Source: Azolla caroliniana (Eukaryota > Plantae > Polypodiophyta). From it: a DNA stretch of 64,000 nt. The notes beneath the pieces were generated by a model. The model had not been told where the DNA came from. It worked only from the letters and a program-made list of their open reading frames with translations, and made no database searches. Below are positions 13,189-25,855 of this stretch, piece by piece. Location: NCBI GenBank assembly GCA_043228905.1, contig JBHGNT010000010.1, forward strand, positions 10,416,001 through 10,480,000, in the 5' to 3' direction. How positions within the stretch are numbered: position 1 is the stretch's first letter; each line of letters begins with the position of its first letter. A program made the position numbers and the translations under genes.

Positions 13189-15305
13189 TCCCGGCTCTCG
13201 CCACCGAGGGATTCGCGGTTTCTCTCGTGGTTCGGCCGCACCGTCAGAAATTGCACCGAATGGCGCCCGTCCTGGCTTTTGACCCTCGCGTAGGCCGAAC
13301 CGTTGTCCAGCACCTTGGTCTCCATTCTCGCCGCCGTGATGTATGGTTCCCCTAATATGACCGGATTCGAGGACGTCTCCTGTACGAAGAAGTGCTGGTC
13401 AATCTCGACGTCGCCGATCTTTACTCGCACATTCGGGCAGGCCCCGTGCAGTTCCTCGGTGGCGCGCGTCGCCGCCCATATCTTCCACCCGTGCTTGGTG
13501 TTGATCGGCCACTTTCCCTTCTTATAGAAGTCCATGGACATTAGGTTTATTTCCGAACCGTGGTCCACCAACGCCACCACCGGTTCCTGAACATCTCCGA
13601 TCTTTACCGAGGTCTCCGTGGTCGCTCGGGCCCAGTGTGGCCTCGAATAGTGGCTCTCCGCCCATTCATCTTCCAGCGCCGAGTCGTCGATGTGCGTCGT
13701 CCGCACCTCCACCGGTCTTTCCGGTTCCGTCTCCGTCGACAGTCTCTTCCATTTCACCAAGTCTACAATGGAGTCGTGGAACTCCTTCTTGGCGATCCCT
13801 AGCACCTCCCGTAATGACAGCTCCACTTTGCTGTCGAGGATCCGTTCTTCTAGGACCTTTCGTAGGTCCGTAGTCCTTTCTATTTCCGTCCCCAGTCGGT
13901 ACCCGCCCTTCCTGGGGTTATCTCGCGAGCCGGACCCACCGGCATCGTTCCGTCGTTGCCCGAATCGGGTCTCGTACCGTTGTGAGGGCCCGGCCGCTCT
14001 GTCTTTCCCCACTCGTTTTTCTTCTACCAGAGCCTCGTAATTCTGGCAGGCGGCTTCTACGAAGCCCGTCTTCTCCTCGACCGGATCGCTCCACCCGGTT
14101 ATTTCCCGGACCCATCTCTCAGCGCGGTCCGTTTCATCTTTCCTCAGCCGTGCGCCGGCGAGGCCTTCCAGCATTGCCGACCAGAAGCCATCTTTGCTCT
14201 CCTTTCGGGCCTCGCTGCCCCCGACCCGAATACCGGCCGACACCGAGTAGTGGATGGCCTCCACGTGTCGGGCCGCTGCCTCTTCCATCAGTCTCTTCAT
14301 ACCTCCTCGCCCGTCGTTTCGGTTCAGGGCCCTCCTAGTGTCGCCAGCGTGCACCCGGCCTTCCCATAGGTACACCACCCTGTTTCTCATCGCCTCTGCG
14401 AAATCGCCGCAGTCCTTCCGAATGTGGCCGACCTCGTCGCACCACATGCACCTGTTCCCCGCTGCCGGTCGTCGGTCACGAGCCGGTTCGCCGCCTTCCC
14501 TTCGAGTCTGGGCGATCTGGAGATCCTTTATCGCCCGCGTCAACTCCTCTAGCGCTGCTCCTCCGGACGAGCCATTGACCATGCTGGTCGTAGCCGGACC
14601 GGTTTCGAGCCATTCCCAGGTTTCTTCCCTTCGCACTTGCGGTGCCGGTTCAAGCCTCCTTGCTGTAACAGAGCCCGCACCGGCCGCCCCGTTGTCAGCC
14701 CATTCTCGCCATTTGTCGAAACGGCCACAGACTCTCTTAACCGCAACCCAGTCGGTTGTCAGCCCGTCTTCGGTTTCCAGCAAGAAGCCGACTTGATCCC
14801 GGTCCCGCTCGTCCACCGACTTGACGAACAGTAGGACCCGGCTCGTATCCAGAATGGTTCGGTCAAGCGCCGAAAGGCACGCAAAGCGTTCTTCGAACTC
14901 CCGAAGGAGTGCCGACGCGTTTCTTGCTTTGCCGGGGGACTCCACCCATTCCATGAAGTCCCGTTTCGAAAGCCGGAGCGCGTCGTCCAGCCCATATTTC
15001 TCTAGGAGTCGGCCTTCGAACTCCTCCCAGGTACGGCTCTCCGCCCGTACCTCGAGCACCTCCGCATGGATGCTCGGCATCGCCACTCGAGGGAACCCGG
15101 CAAGACGCCTCTCTTCCGGAATGTCCCGCATCAGCATTTCTGCCCCGTAGGACGCCAAATACTTCGTAGCATCCTTTCCGCTGAAACGGCCGATCGTACC
15201 GACGACCGCCTCAATGGCTCTGTCGAGGGCACCGGTGCCCTTGCGTGTGCTCAATATCCGATCCACGGCTGAAGCCATGGCATCTGCAAGATCCGACCCC
15301 CTCAT
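13179..15305 (-). CDS. Gypsy G Gag plus aspartic protease (open ORF; start codon uncertain)
   Basis: Zinc knuckle CMWCDEVGHIRKDC; protease ALVDHGSEIN...VILGEPY. The listed ORF start at 15416 lies in the LTR; the first ATG after the PBS is near 15305. Confidence 0.88.
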   Translation of the reverse strand: MRGSDLADAMASAVDRILSTRKGTGALDRAIEAVVGTIGRFSGKDATKYLASYGAEMLMRDIPEERRLAGFPRVAMPSIHAEVLEVRAESRTWEEFEGRLLEKYGLDDALRLSKRDFMEWVESPGKARNASALLREFEERFACLSALDRTILDTSRVLLFVKSVDERDRDQVGFLLETEDGLTTDWVAVKRVCGRFDKWREWADNGAAGAGSVTARRLEPAPQVRREETWEWLETGPATTSMVNGSSGGAALEELTRAIKDLQIAQTRREGGEPARDRRPAAGNRCMWCDEVGHIRKDCGDFAEAMRNRVVYLWEGRVHAGDTRRALNRNDGRGGMKRLMEEAAARHVEAIHYSVSAGIRVGGSEARKESKDGFWSAMLEGLAGARLRKDETDRAERWVREITGWSDPVEEKTGFVEAACQNYEALVEEKRVGKDRAAGPSQRYETRFGQRRNDAGGSGSRDNPRKGGYRLGTEIERTTDLRKVLEERILDSKVELSLREVLGIAKKEFHDSIVDLVKWKRLSTETEPERPVEVRTTHIDDSALEDEWAESHYSRPHWARATTETSVKIGDVQEPVVALVDHGSEINLMSMDFYKKGKWPINTKHGWKIWAATRATEELHGACPNVRVKIGDVEIDQHFFVQETSSNPVILGEPYITAARMETKVLDNGSAYARVKSQDGRHSVQFLTVRPNHERNRESLGGESREDF

Positions 15306-15327
15306 CTTCTGCTCTTCTGCCGCCTCC

Positions 15328-15345
15328 TTCACGTCGGGTTCACCA
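15328..15345 (-). promoter_or_regulatory. Primer-binding site for tRNA-Trp
   Basis: TGGTGAACCCGACGTGAA, complementary to the plant tRNA-Trp 3' end as I recall it; 4 nt from the LTR. Confidence 0.88.
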
Positions 15346-15349
15346 AATA

Positions 15350-15990
15350 TGTCGAGGTATTCCTCGCGGATGCGTGGAGTGAGGCGGGACCTCGGGGGTC
15401 CTGTACCGAAGAGCAAGAGAGAAAGAGAAGAGACCCACTACGTGCGAGCGTAGATTCACAGGGACACGGCCCTTCGATGCAAAGACGCGAGTGGGATAGC
15501 GACACAGAAAGACACGAAAGTATGTATGTATTGACAAGACAAACAACAAGAACACGAAGACAACAAAACACGAAGTCGGTTACAACCGAACAGGCCGGCG
15601 AACAGATGCCGATACCTGCTCGTAAACGCACAGAGGGGAAAGAGTAGGTTGGAGGTGCTGCCGGAAGCACTCGGGCATTCCTCAGAGCAGCGTGAGCCTC
15701 CCGAAACCTGCATAGAAGGAAGCTATGGCGTTTGCAACCAGAAAGAGAGAGAGAGAGAAGCCTTCGCACGCAAATCGACAGCACTTCGTCCTCGACTCTC
15801 CGCGATGCTTTTCTCCTCCTCGTCTCCCTCCTTTTATAGGCAAGGAAGGAGCCGTTTCCCCTTTACTTCCTACCTACCGAATCTGCCCGCCTAGGATCTC
15901 CTATGTACAACATAAGGCGCACGTGCATGAAGAGCCGGTTCCTACGCTCTGGTGCACTGATTCCGCTTGTGGACGGTTTTCTTCACGACA
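15350..15990 (-). repeat. 5' LTR of Gypsy G
   Basis: TGTCG...CGACA, followed by the PBS. Confidence 0.96.
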
Positions 15991-15994
15991 TCGG

Positions 15995-16756
15995 TTTCCT
16001 TGTCTTTCCGGAAATGCCCACAGTTCTTCTGGAAGTGCCCCAGCTTCCGCAGTAGAAGCACGTGGGCCTCCCCCTTGACTTTGATCGTGTCCCCGATTTT
16101 TCCTGGTTCTGGGGACTCCGGTTCCTTTGTCTTCCACGTTCCAATTCGGAAAGGAGCGCTTTTGAGTCGGGGATCGGTTCCTTGTCCTTCCGACGCGCCT
16201 CCTCGTTCAGGATGCTTGTCTTCACCGTCTACAAAGACAGGTTCTCTTCTTGTCAGGAGGTGCTGAGAGTAACCACCAAGTTCTCCCAGCTTTCCGACAA
16301 CGTACACATAAGCATGATTGCCTGCATTGCATCATCCAAGGGGAACTTGATCGCTGCAAGTTGATTTACATACCCCATGAATGAGCTTACATGTTCAGCC
16401 ATGCTCTCGCCGTCTCTGTATTTCAGGTTTACTATTTTCCTCATCAATGAGGTTCTGTTGAGCACATTCTTCCTCTCATAAAGACCCGATAGCTTCTGCC
16501 ACATCTCGTGAGCATTCATGTCGTTTGCCACATGCTGAAGGACACTTACGTCGACACACTATCGGATAGTGGCCACAGCTTTCCTATTCAAAAGCTTCCA
16601 ATCCGACTCCAATACCCCCTTTGGTATTTCCGATTTGTCGATTGGCTTGTACAGGTCTTTTACAATGAGAAGGTCTTCCATCTTAATCTTACAGTCTACA
16701 TAGTTCTGTGAATTTAGAACCATCATACTTGGGAAACTGCTCCCGCCTCCTTCCAT
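15995..16756 (-). pseudogene. Copia A gag
   Basis: LNSQNY..KIKMEDLLIVKDL, MWQKLSGLYE, LSESWENL; knuckle CFYCGKLGHFQKNC; frameshifted. Confidence 0.9.
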
Positions 16757-16785
16757 TTTCTATGTTGCTCGCTCCGATACTAGTT

Positions 16786-17286
16786 TGAAAGTTAAATCAT
16801 TGCCGGCCACAACCGGTTGTACGTGTGCGGAATAATAGTCGATCTAATGGAAAGGAAAAAAAAAAACAGAATACAGAAACTAAGAATGACACAAATTTTA
16901 ACTTGGAAACCCGAACTGGGAAAAACCACGTGGAGTCCACAAACTCCGAACAAAACACTATGAGAGAAAAGAATACAATCAGAGATCTCAAAGGCAACGA
17001 CCTCAAGATCCTGCTTCGCCAACAGGCGGCTATGGAGCTCACACGCTTCCACTCACACTCGTTCACTCTCACAGTTACGCAGGCAACAACGTCGTCAACA
17101 GTAACTTTACAATAACGCACACACTTAATATGATTGCCCTAAGTGCTTATATACTCATGTAACCTTTCGACTATTTACAAGTTTAGCCTTCTAGGTTGGC
17201 TATCTCCACGATTTCCGGTTTCAGCCGAGTTGCTCATCAACACGGTTCTTCTCAACTTCCCATCCGGAGGGACCTGTTTCCTAACA
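16786..17286 (-). repeat. 5' LTR of copia A
   Basis: Direct repeat of 5184-5679, adjacent to the PBS. Confidence 0.93.
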
Positions 17287-18431
17287 CTCTCTTCCTTTGT
17301 CCACCGCATATGTCCTACGGATGCGCTCTAAATCTCTCCAATCGCACGCCAAATTCCACCCATTGCATGCCGCGTATGTTCCTCCTTCGGTTTGATCGTC
17401 TCTGCATCCCGAAAACGTCGGCGTTCCAACTCTCTCCGCTCCGCGCTTGCCTTCTGTAGGCTCTTCTCGTGCATCGATGTTGTCCTCCGAATACGTGCTC
17501 GTTCTTTGGTTCTTACGTGACCCCATTACACGCTCCTTGCTTCTCCCTTGCTCGCCGTGCTCTCTCGCGATAGAGCGTACCTCCATCCCGACATCCGTGT
17601 TGGTGTACCGCGCTTCGGCGTCCTTTGCGGCTCTTGTTACCACCTCATATTGACTCGCGTCGGCCTCTTCTCCCTTCGTTGCCGTAGCCCCTTCTGACTA
17701 CAGCTTATCGTCTTGGCCCCGCTCATCCGACAGTCCGTATCGGATACCCGTTTCGGTAACCTCGTCCGCTCCGGTAACCTCGTCCTCTCCGGCTTCCGAC
17801 TCCTCGCCACCACCCGCCGGCTCTCCAATCTTACATCAATCCGAACCCGCCGAAGTCTCTAGAATAGGTGTGGAGGGTCCCGCTTGTTTCCGGTCTTTCA
17901 CTTGTTGAGATACAAGCTCAACATTGGCCGGATTGGCTGTGCAAGCCGAGAACTGAATCGGTTGGGGCCAATCGGTTAGGCCGGCCCGGTGCGTAAAACG
18001 GGTGCGTAAATCGTTACGCAAACCAGTGCGTAACGAGAAGCCGTAGTGGTGCGTAAACCGCGAGGCCATTGGAAAGATATTCCACGTAGGAATATATTTT
18101 GGGAGTTACCGTAGAGCTCAGTTATGAGCATTGAAGTACATGTCAGTACTTTTGTCAGTCTGTATGGACTTGTATAAAAGTGCTCACTGAGCAGATTCAA
18201 TGTACAGATTGAGTAGTAGTTTTTGAATATAGTCTCTGTTTTTTCTCTCTGTCTCTCCCGTGTACTGTGTATTTTCAAGCTCTCCATTAAACCTGCATAT
18301 TCTCAGTGTTCGGTTTCCTACTTGCTTCCACACATTATTCTTTTTACATGGTATCAGAGTGCGAGGGTTGATAACCTCTGCAGCCGACATAGCTTGAAAG
18401 GAAAACTAACCAAGAAGAACAGGTAAAACCG

Positions 18432-21400
18432 ATGGACAGAGGCATGGTTAGCTCTCTTCTGACGGAGAAGCTCAACAGAAACAACTACGTGTCTTGGTCC
18501 TACAAGATGCACCAATACCTGCTCAGGTACGGTTACTAGAGCTATGTCGATGGAGCAAATGACACAACACCCGAACCGATACATAGAGATTTCCCGGCGT
18601 GGGAATAGTCGGCGAGTAGAGTATTGTATTGCTTCGGGTCTTGTGTGGGCGAACAACTTCTAAGCTACATTCGGGATGCAAAAACGCCAAAAGATGCTTG
18701 GGGAAATTTGAAGAAGATTTTCGCCGCAAGCACTACAACCAGAAAGCTTCAACTCCGACAGGAGCTGAGCAACCTACGACAACACGATTTGTCGGTGATT
18801 GATTACACCTCGAAGATCAAAGATATATGCGACTCCTTAGTCTCCATCGATGTGAACGTCGAGGAAGGCGAGATGGTGCAGATCTGTCTTGGGGGACTAG
18901 CGTTGAAGTTCGGAGCGTTCTGAACTGCTGTTTGTACACGAGAGAATACACCGTCGTTTTTCGACTTACAGTCGATGCTCCTTCTAGAGGAGAACCACGT
19001 GGGTTCGTCGACGAGCATGCACGTTGACAACAAGGTGCTCTACACGGAGGGAGATAGGCCCCGTGGTCGTGGCAGACGAGGCGAGTTGGTGCGCAATGGA
19101 GGCGGCCGACAGGATCAAGGAAGAAGGCACTGAAGTGATGCCAACAGCAATTCTGGACCCTCCGAAAACAGGGGGAGTCGAGGCGATGAGAACCGGCAAG
19201 GGAAATCTATCGCGGAATGCTGGTACTGTGGCAAGAAAGGCCACAGGGAGAGCGAGTGCTGGAAAAAGCGCGCCGATTCGGAGATAACCGGATCCGGATC
19301 AAGTTCTGGACAGACTGACAAAGGAAATCGGCAATGATCGCACTACGCTGAAGGATCTGAAAAAGGGTCAGTCTTCGTGACAAGCCACGAAGCAAAATCG
19401 ATGAAGAAGAACACCCCGAAGTCGGATAAGGTGTGGTACGAGAACCACATGACGTGCCACAAGGAGTGGTTCTCGTACCTAGAAAAACCGATGCAACCGG
19501 GAGTAGTCGCAACCAGAGACGACACTCCGCATCCGATTGTGAATGTCGGTGAAGTTCCCTTGAGCCATGTCGGGCAGAAAGGGAAACTCATGAACGTGTT
19601 ACACGTCCCGACAAGCACAAAGAACTTGGTGTCGGTCGGACAGATCGTCAACTAGGGGATGCAGGTTCAGTTTACGCATCTCGGGTGCTTCATCGAGGAA
19701 GAAGGCCGAGTTATTGCGCAAGGGCGTAGAGACGGGAGGATGTTTATCCTCGACTCTAGTGACAGTGGCACCGCAATGTTCGCGAAAGGACAAAAAGTCT
19801 AGTCGGATATTGACTTATGGCAGAAGCTGATAGGACACGTCAACTATCAACGGCTTCAGGACCTGCAATCGAAATAGGTGGTGTTCGGATTGCCCAAGTT
19901 TAGTGGCCAGAGGGCACGAATTTGTGAAGCCTGCCAACTCGGGAAGCAACACCGACTTCCTTTCCCTAACGAGCATAACCAGAGCCAGAACAAGCTCGAT
20001 TTGATACATTCCGATGTATGAGGGCCGTCACAGAACGTTAGTCTTGGCGGGACTCGATATTTTGTCTCCTTCATCGACGACTATACGCGCACACGTGGAT
20101 CTATCTCATCGAGAAGAAGAGTGAAGTCTTCGAATGTTTTCGGGACCTCAAAGGGTTCGTGGAAACGGAAATAGGATGAAAGATCAAGTGCCTGCGGTCG
20201 GATGGCGGAAAAGAATACTTTTCCGGTCAATTCAATGGTTATCTGCAACAGATGGGAATTTGGCGGGAATTCAGTTGTAGATACATGCCGGAGCAAAACG
20301 GCGTGGCCGAGAGGAAGAACCGGCCAATTGTAGAAGTGGCACGGGCAATGCTGGAGGAGAAGAGCTTGCCCCAGTTCTATTGGGCCGAGGCAGTACAAAC
20401 CATGGTATACATCCAGAATCGGATTGGAGATAAAGTGTCAGCGCATGAGCAGTATTTCGGAAGGAAGCCGAATCTACGACACTTGAGAGTTTTCGGTAGC
20501 ATTGCGTCTGTGCATGTACCAAAGGAGAAACGGAGGGAGTTGGATGCGAAAGCCGAGAAGTGTATCTTGGTCGGCTATTCGGACGAGCAGAAGGGTTATA
20601 AGTGTTTATAACCCTCGCACCAAACAAGCGCGCGTGAGCTGTGACGTTGTGTTTGACTAGTCCGCATCCTGGTACTTGCCTCCGACTCCGAACCTCACGT
20701 CCAATCCGAGTTCTGACGATGAGGTCAGTGAGGTCGAGATGCCTCCGGATGAGCCTGAAATCGGGACCCGCACAGAGAGAGTCCAATTTCATTTCGGTTA
20801 AGCGGACCGGATGGAGGACTTAGTTGGTTCGACCAGTCCGATGAAGAGCCGGCGAGTAGTGGAGACTCAGCCATGTATTCCCTGCGCAGGAAGCCGAGGA
20901 GACGGCTTACGCGCAAAGAAAAAGGGAAGAAGAAGGTGTCGGATTATGGCATGGATAGGAACGAGTCGGATGGACGAGAATCCAACTCTGAGGGAAGTGA
21001 TGATGGGTCTTCAAGAGCGAAGTCCGCGTCGGTTAAGATAGCCTCAACATCGGCTAATGAGCAATTACGCCGATCTACCCGCTAGAAGAACCCTGTTGTG
21101 CGGTTCGGTTACAACAAGTACATGGCGCATCACTATGCGTACATGATGGGTGTAGCGGAAGTGCGTGAGCCGGAGAGCTACGCAGAAGCGGCGAAGGATG
21201 CGAATTGGCATGCCGCAATGGAGGAAGAGATGCGCGCGTTAGCGGAGAATGAAACCTGGAACCTAATTGATGCACTGAAAGGTGTGAAGCGGATCGGATG
21301 TAGGTGGGTGTACAAGGTCAAGTACAACACTGACGGCTCGGTCAACCGATACAAGGCCTGGTTAGTAGCAAAAGGCTACTTGCAAAAACACGGCATCGAC

Positions 21401-23299
21401 TACGATGAGATGTTTGCGCCGGTTGCGAAGATGACGATTGTCCGTGTTTTGCTCGTGGTTGTTGCGGCAAAGGGGTGGCATTTACATCAGATGGATGTAA
21501 GGAATGCGTTCCTGCAAGGTGAGCTTGAGGAACAGGTGTATATGGTACAACCCCCCGGATTTCACTCCGGAACGAACACTTCGGCGGTGTGCCGATTGAA
21601 GAAGTTCCTTTACGGCCTAAACCAAGCCCCACATGCTTGGAACGCGAAGATCATGCAACGATTGCGTTGGTTGGGCTTTGCGATGCCAACATCGGACTCC
21701 TCACTGTTCACCCAGAAAGGTCGACTCGGGCCGGTTAGTATTTTACTTTATGTTGATGACTTGGTCATCATCAGCGCTGACCTCGGTGAAATTGAACGCG
21801 TAAAGCTCCAGCTCGCGGCGTCATTCGACATGAAGGACCTGGGGGACCGTCATTACCTCCTCGGGATCGAAGTGATCCGCACCCCCGAAGGCATACTGAT
21901 CAACCAACGGCATTACGTGCTGAGTATGCTCTTCCAATTCGGGATGGACGACTGTAAGTCCGTCTCGACTCCTCGAGATCGAAGTGATCCGCACCCCCGA
22001 AGGCATACTGATCAGCCAACAGCATTACGTGCTGAGTATGCTCTTCAAATTCGGGATGGCCGACTGTAAGTCCGTCTCGACTCCTCTGGATAGAACCGTC
22101 AAGCTTCGCCCTGATTCTGGAAAGGTATGCGATCCGACGAGGTTCCGACAGATAGTCGGAAGCCTTATATACTTGACCATCACCCGACCAGATCTCAGCT
22201 ACCAGGTCGGGGTTAGCGGTCAGTTCATGGCGCGACCGACCGAGGAGCACCTTCAGTGCGCACAACACCTACTCCGGTACGTCAGTGGCACTAAGGACAT
22301 GGGGCTACTATATCGGGCCGATACTGTCGCGCAGTTGGTCGGTTACACCGATGCTGATTGGGCTAGAAACGCTGGCGATCGCCGATCCACGTCTAGTTTC
22401 ACGTTCTCTCTTGGGAGTGCCGCGATCGCGTGGAGTAGCAAGAAGCAGGCGATCCTTGCGTTGTCGAGCACTGAAGCCGACTATAGAGGAGCTGCTATCG
22501 CGACCTCCGAAGCCATATGGTTGAAGCCTCCGATCCAACGACAATCTATTGCGACAACCTCAGTAGCATCCAGCTAGCTAAGAACCCCATCTTCCACACC
22601 CAGACTAAGCACATTGAGGTGCACTACCATTTTGTCCGTGAGCGTGTCCTCTCCGGTGAAGTTGAACTTCAGTATGTTCCGACCGATCGGCAGAACGCCG
22701 ACATCTTCACCAAGCCTCTTGGTCTGGACAAGTTGCGACAATTCTCGGGTGCGCTTGGGTTGCATCACCTTGACGTGCCGAACTTGAGGGGGAGAGATGT
22801 CCATGATGACCACGGAAGGGAGCAGGAAAGGAGCGTAAAAGACCATGATGCCGAGTCGGATGACGAATTCGATCTCAGACTGGCTGAAGAAGCCGAGGGC
22901 AGACCCGCGGAAGATTCCGAAAGCAGACATAAGGGGAGCAGTCGAAAGAAAGAGCCGAAGCCAACCAAGGGCGAGAAGACCGAGGAAGAGTTGGAGACAA
23001 CCAACCCGGACGAGAGCGAAAACCGATCGGAGGAAGCCGAGTCAGTTCGGATGTTTGATTCGGATACGCTGAATCAACCAAGGGCCAAGCAGAAGAGAAG
23101 GCAACAGAAGAGGCACCAACACCGCAACATCAAGGAAGCTGAGAAGGCCCGTGTGAGTAGACAAGCCGACCGGAAGGGTCGAGGCGCGCGGAATCGAACA
23201 GGTTGCGGAGCGCGAGCGAGGCGTGAAGCTAGAAGGAACCGGGCCACAGATCCGGAAGAGCAGATGGAACCTCAAGTTGAGCTTGAGGGGGAGTGTTGA
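18432..23299 (+). pseudogene. Copia C gag-pol polyprotein with charged C-terminal extension
   Basis: CWYCGKKGHRESEC, PEQNGVAERKNR, LLYVDDL, YCDNLSSI, ADIFTKPL; many stops and frameshifts. Confidence 0.93.
21863..22086 (+). repeat. 112-bp tandem duplication in copia C RT
   Basis: Two copies of gatcgaagtgatccgcacccccgaagg...gactcctc; CTCCTC at 21857, 21969 and 22081. Confidence 0.92.
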
Positions 23300-23549
23300 G
23301 ATACAAGCTCAACATTGGCCGGATCGGCTGTGCAAGCTGAGAACCGGATCGGTTGGGGCCGATCGGTTACGCCGCACCGGTGCATAAAACAGGTGCATAA
23401 ACCGTTACGCAAACCGGTGCGTAACGATAAGCCGTATTCTCTCTCTGTCTCTCCTGTGTACTGTGTATTATCAAGCTCTCCATTAAACCTGCATATTCTC
23501 GGTGTTCGGTTTTCTACTTGCTTCCGCACACTATTCTTTTTACATCACC

Positions 23550-25390
23550 GAATCGTAGTCGTCGTGCCCGGTTGGCCTCCTTCTCGCGCTCACCGGCTCC
23601 CACCGCGTGTTGGGGCTTGTATGCCTTGACCTCCAATCATGCCGGCTTAGCCCTTGCCCGGTTCGGTCCCGACCGATCATGTTCCGGTTTGGTTGGCTTC
23701 CTTCCATAATCGTAACCGGCCGGTACGAATTCGACCAAACAATCCCGACCTTGCCAGCTCTTCTTCGGTTCGGGCCCGGTTGACCGGACCCCTCTCCAAT
23801 CTTCTTCCGCATCATCTTCCGGTCGGGTCGGTTCCCGACTCTCTCCTCTTTGCCACTCCCGGCCTCCCTTTTGGTCCTTCTGCACGTGCCCGCTCTGGGC
23901 CTCGCATCCTCACGGCTACCACTCATCTCTCTGGTCTTATGTTGGTACGCAACCACTGAAATCTCCGGCCCTGGTGTCGAGGGATCTTCCTCGTTCTCGT
24001 TTCGGTCACCCGCCTTGCCGCCGCCACAATCCGTCACTCTAGGTCTCACATCGACTCTCGGGCCAGCTGCTGGAGTCTTTTGAACCGGTGTGGGTAGGGT
24101 CCCGGCACCGCCGCTTGTCATATCCGTAGCCACTTTCGTCCGGACTTCGCTGTCCGCTGCTACCCCGTCCCCGATTACGCAAGCCTCAATTACGCTTGCC
24201 TCCTCCTCTTACTCATTCTCCTTGTCATCATCTTGGTTGCCTGCCTTGCCGCCACCAATGCCTGTCACTCTAGGTCTCACACCGGCTCTCGGGCTGGATG
24301 CAGGAGTCTCTAGAACCAGTGTGGGTAAGGTCCTAGCACTGCCGCTCGTCTTCTCCCCGCTTGATGTTTCGGGCCATCGTGTCCCAAATCCTCCGCCCAC
24401 TCTCGAAGTGGTGCTCCCCGCTCCGTAGTCACTGACCTCATCCATGGCCATCCATTCACTGCAAAACGAGAGGGTCGCTTGCTTCGCACCCTTTCCCACG
24501 TCACCGTCGTACGCTCTTCTGGCCTCCACATAGGCCCTGTCGTCCACGCATAGGGAGGCTTCTTCCTTTGCATCCTCCGATTGTCTCCGACACGAATCCA
24601 TAATAAGCCCCTCTTCGGCTTCGATCTTCGACCTCACGATCTCGTATGCCTCCCGTATCAACGTTTCTAGGTCGCACTCCTCCATATCATTACGTGTCGA
24701 GCTCTCTTCCGGCGGTAGTGCGTAGTCACTCACCGCTCTCCCTTCTCCACCACTCGCGGACCGTGTTGTGGCCAACCGCCTCGCATCATGTTGTCGGCAC
24801 ACCCACTCTACTTTGGACCACTCCTCAGTGAGACCGTGTGCTCCGTAATCATCTTGAATCTCGAATAGGAGGTCCATTCTTTTCTCTTGATGGACCGTCT
24901 TCAAAAATAGGACTTTGTCCGTCCCCATCGATCTCCGATCCCGCTCTGAGAGTTGAGAGAAACGACGCTCAAACTCTCGGAATGCCTCGATCACGCTCCG
25001 ATGGGGCTTCGCCGACGCCACCCACCGATCGAACTCTTGCCGACTTCGCCCCTCTGGTTTCTCGTACCCGTATGCCTCCAATAGAGCTCTCCCTCGAAGG
25101 AATCCCATGACTCGTGAGCTTCTCGAAGCTCCTTGACCTCTTTGTGCGTCGATATGGCCGCCACTTGACAAAAAAAATCTAGCCGCATCGCTTTGTCCAA
25201 GCCCCCCTCTGTCATTTTGGCATTGTAAGCTCCCAAAAATTTTGGGGCATCATCCCCGTTGAACAAACTGACTCGACCAACCACCCTTTTGACGGCTTGT
25301 TGAGCCACAACTCGCTTCTCCTTCTTCCGTTCGGCATCCATCACGATCTTTGCCATTATCTCCGCGAAGTCGAAGTCTTCCTCTTCCATC
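23550..25390 (-). pseudogene. Element X gag-like ORF with repetitive charged tail (continues in 17292-17902 and about 4930-5183)
   Basis: FNGDDAPKFLGAY, FREFERRFSQLSERDRR, GLTEEWSKVEWVC are homologous to the N-terminus of G Gag and to ORF 27917; frameshifted. Confidence 0.8.
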
Positions 25391-25433
25391 TCCGTCCTCC
25401 CTTGCCGCCTCTTCACGTCAGGTTCACCAAAGA

Positions 25434-25855
25434 TGTCGCGGTATTCCGCGAGTACGTGTAGGATCCAAGGCGGGACCGTGGGGGTCTTGGACTAGGGAGT
25501 AGAGGGGAAATGGAAGCTTAGCGAAGAGAGAGGGAAGAATAGCACATAAACATAGAATGGATGGAGGCAAGATACACCAACAAGACAAGAAATATCAACA
25601 TGCTATATTAAGAGTCCACAAAAATGATTACAACCAAGGCCACATAGACCACACCAAAGGTCGGGAAGAAAACCCTAATCGGATAAGTAAAGTAAGAAGC
25701 ATAGAAACCCTAAATGAAATCTAAGAAGAAAACCCTAGAAGAAACCCTAAAATCAAATAGAACCACTCGACCTATGTGGTATACCTCTCTCACTAAAAAT
25801 AGGCAACCGTTTCACAAGTGACCCCTCCCTTCCTTTTATAGCCCAAGGAGGGAGG
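25434..25855 (-). repeat. 5' LTR of element X, left part (remainder 37193-37325)
   Basis: Matches 4364 to about 4780; interrupted by chromovirus T. Confidence 0.9.

Larger units (their letters stand above)
9001..15990 (-). mobile_element. Gypsy G: full-length non-chromodomain Ty3/Gypsy element, tRNA-Trp primed
   Basis: 641-bp LTRs 9001-9641 and 15350-15990 (about 11 differences by eye); 4-bp TSD TCGG; 18-nt PBS; PPT at 9642-9653; domain order gag-PR-RT-RH-IN. Confidence 0.96.
5184..17286 (-). mobile_element. Copia A: Tnt1/Tork-like Ty1/Copia element interrupted by Gypsy G
   Basis: LTRs 5184-5679 and 16786-17286; TSD CTCTC (5179-5183, 17287-17291); mutated tRNA-iMet PBS TAGTATCGGAGC at 16771-16782; PPT near 5680-5692. 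Confidence 0.93.
17903..23544 (+). mobile_element. Copia C: full-length decayed Ty1/Copia, same family as B, D and E
   Basis: 5' LTR 17903-18348; PBS TGGTATCAGAG at 18349; PPT 23282-23293; 3' LTR 23294-23544 with an internal deletion of about 190 bp; TSD TCACT/TCACC. Confidence 0.93.

Noticed and set aside
12488-13282. Long antisense ORFs (also 43987-44778, 44375-45205, 38959-39747)
   Set aside because: Shadow frames of GC-rich retrotransposon coding sequence with no recognisable motifs.
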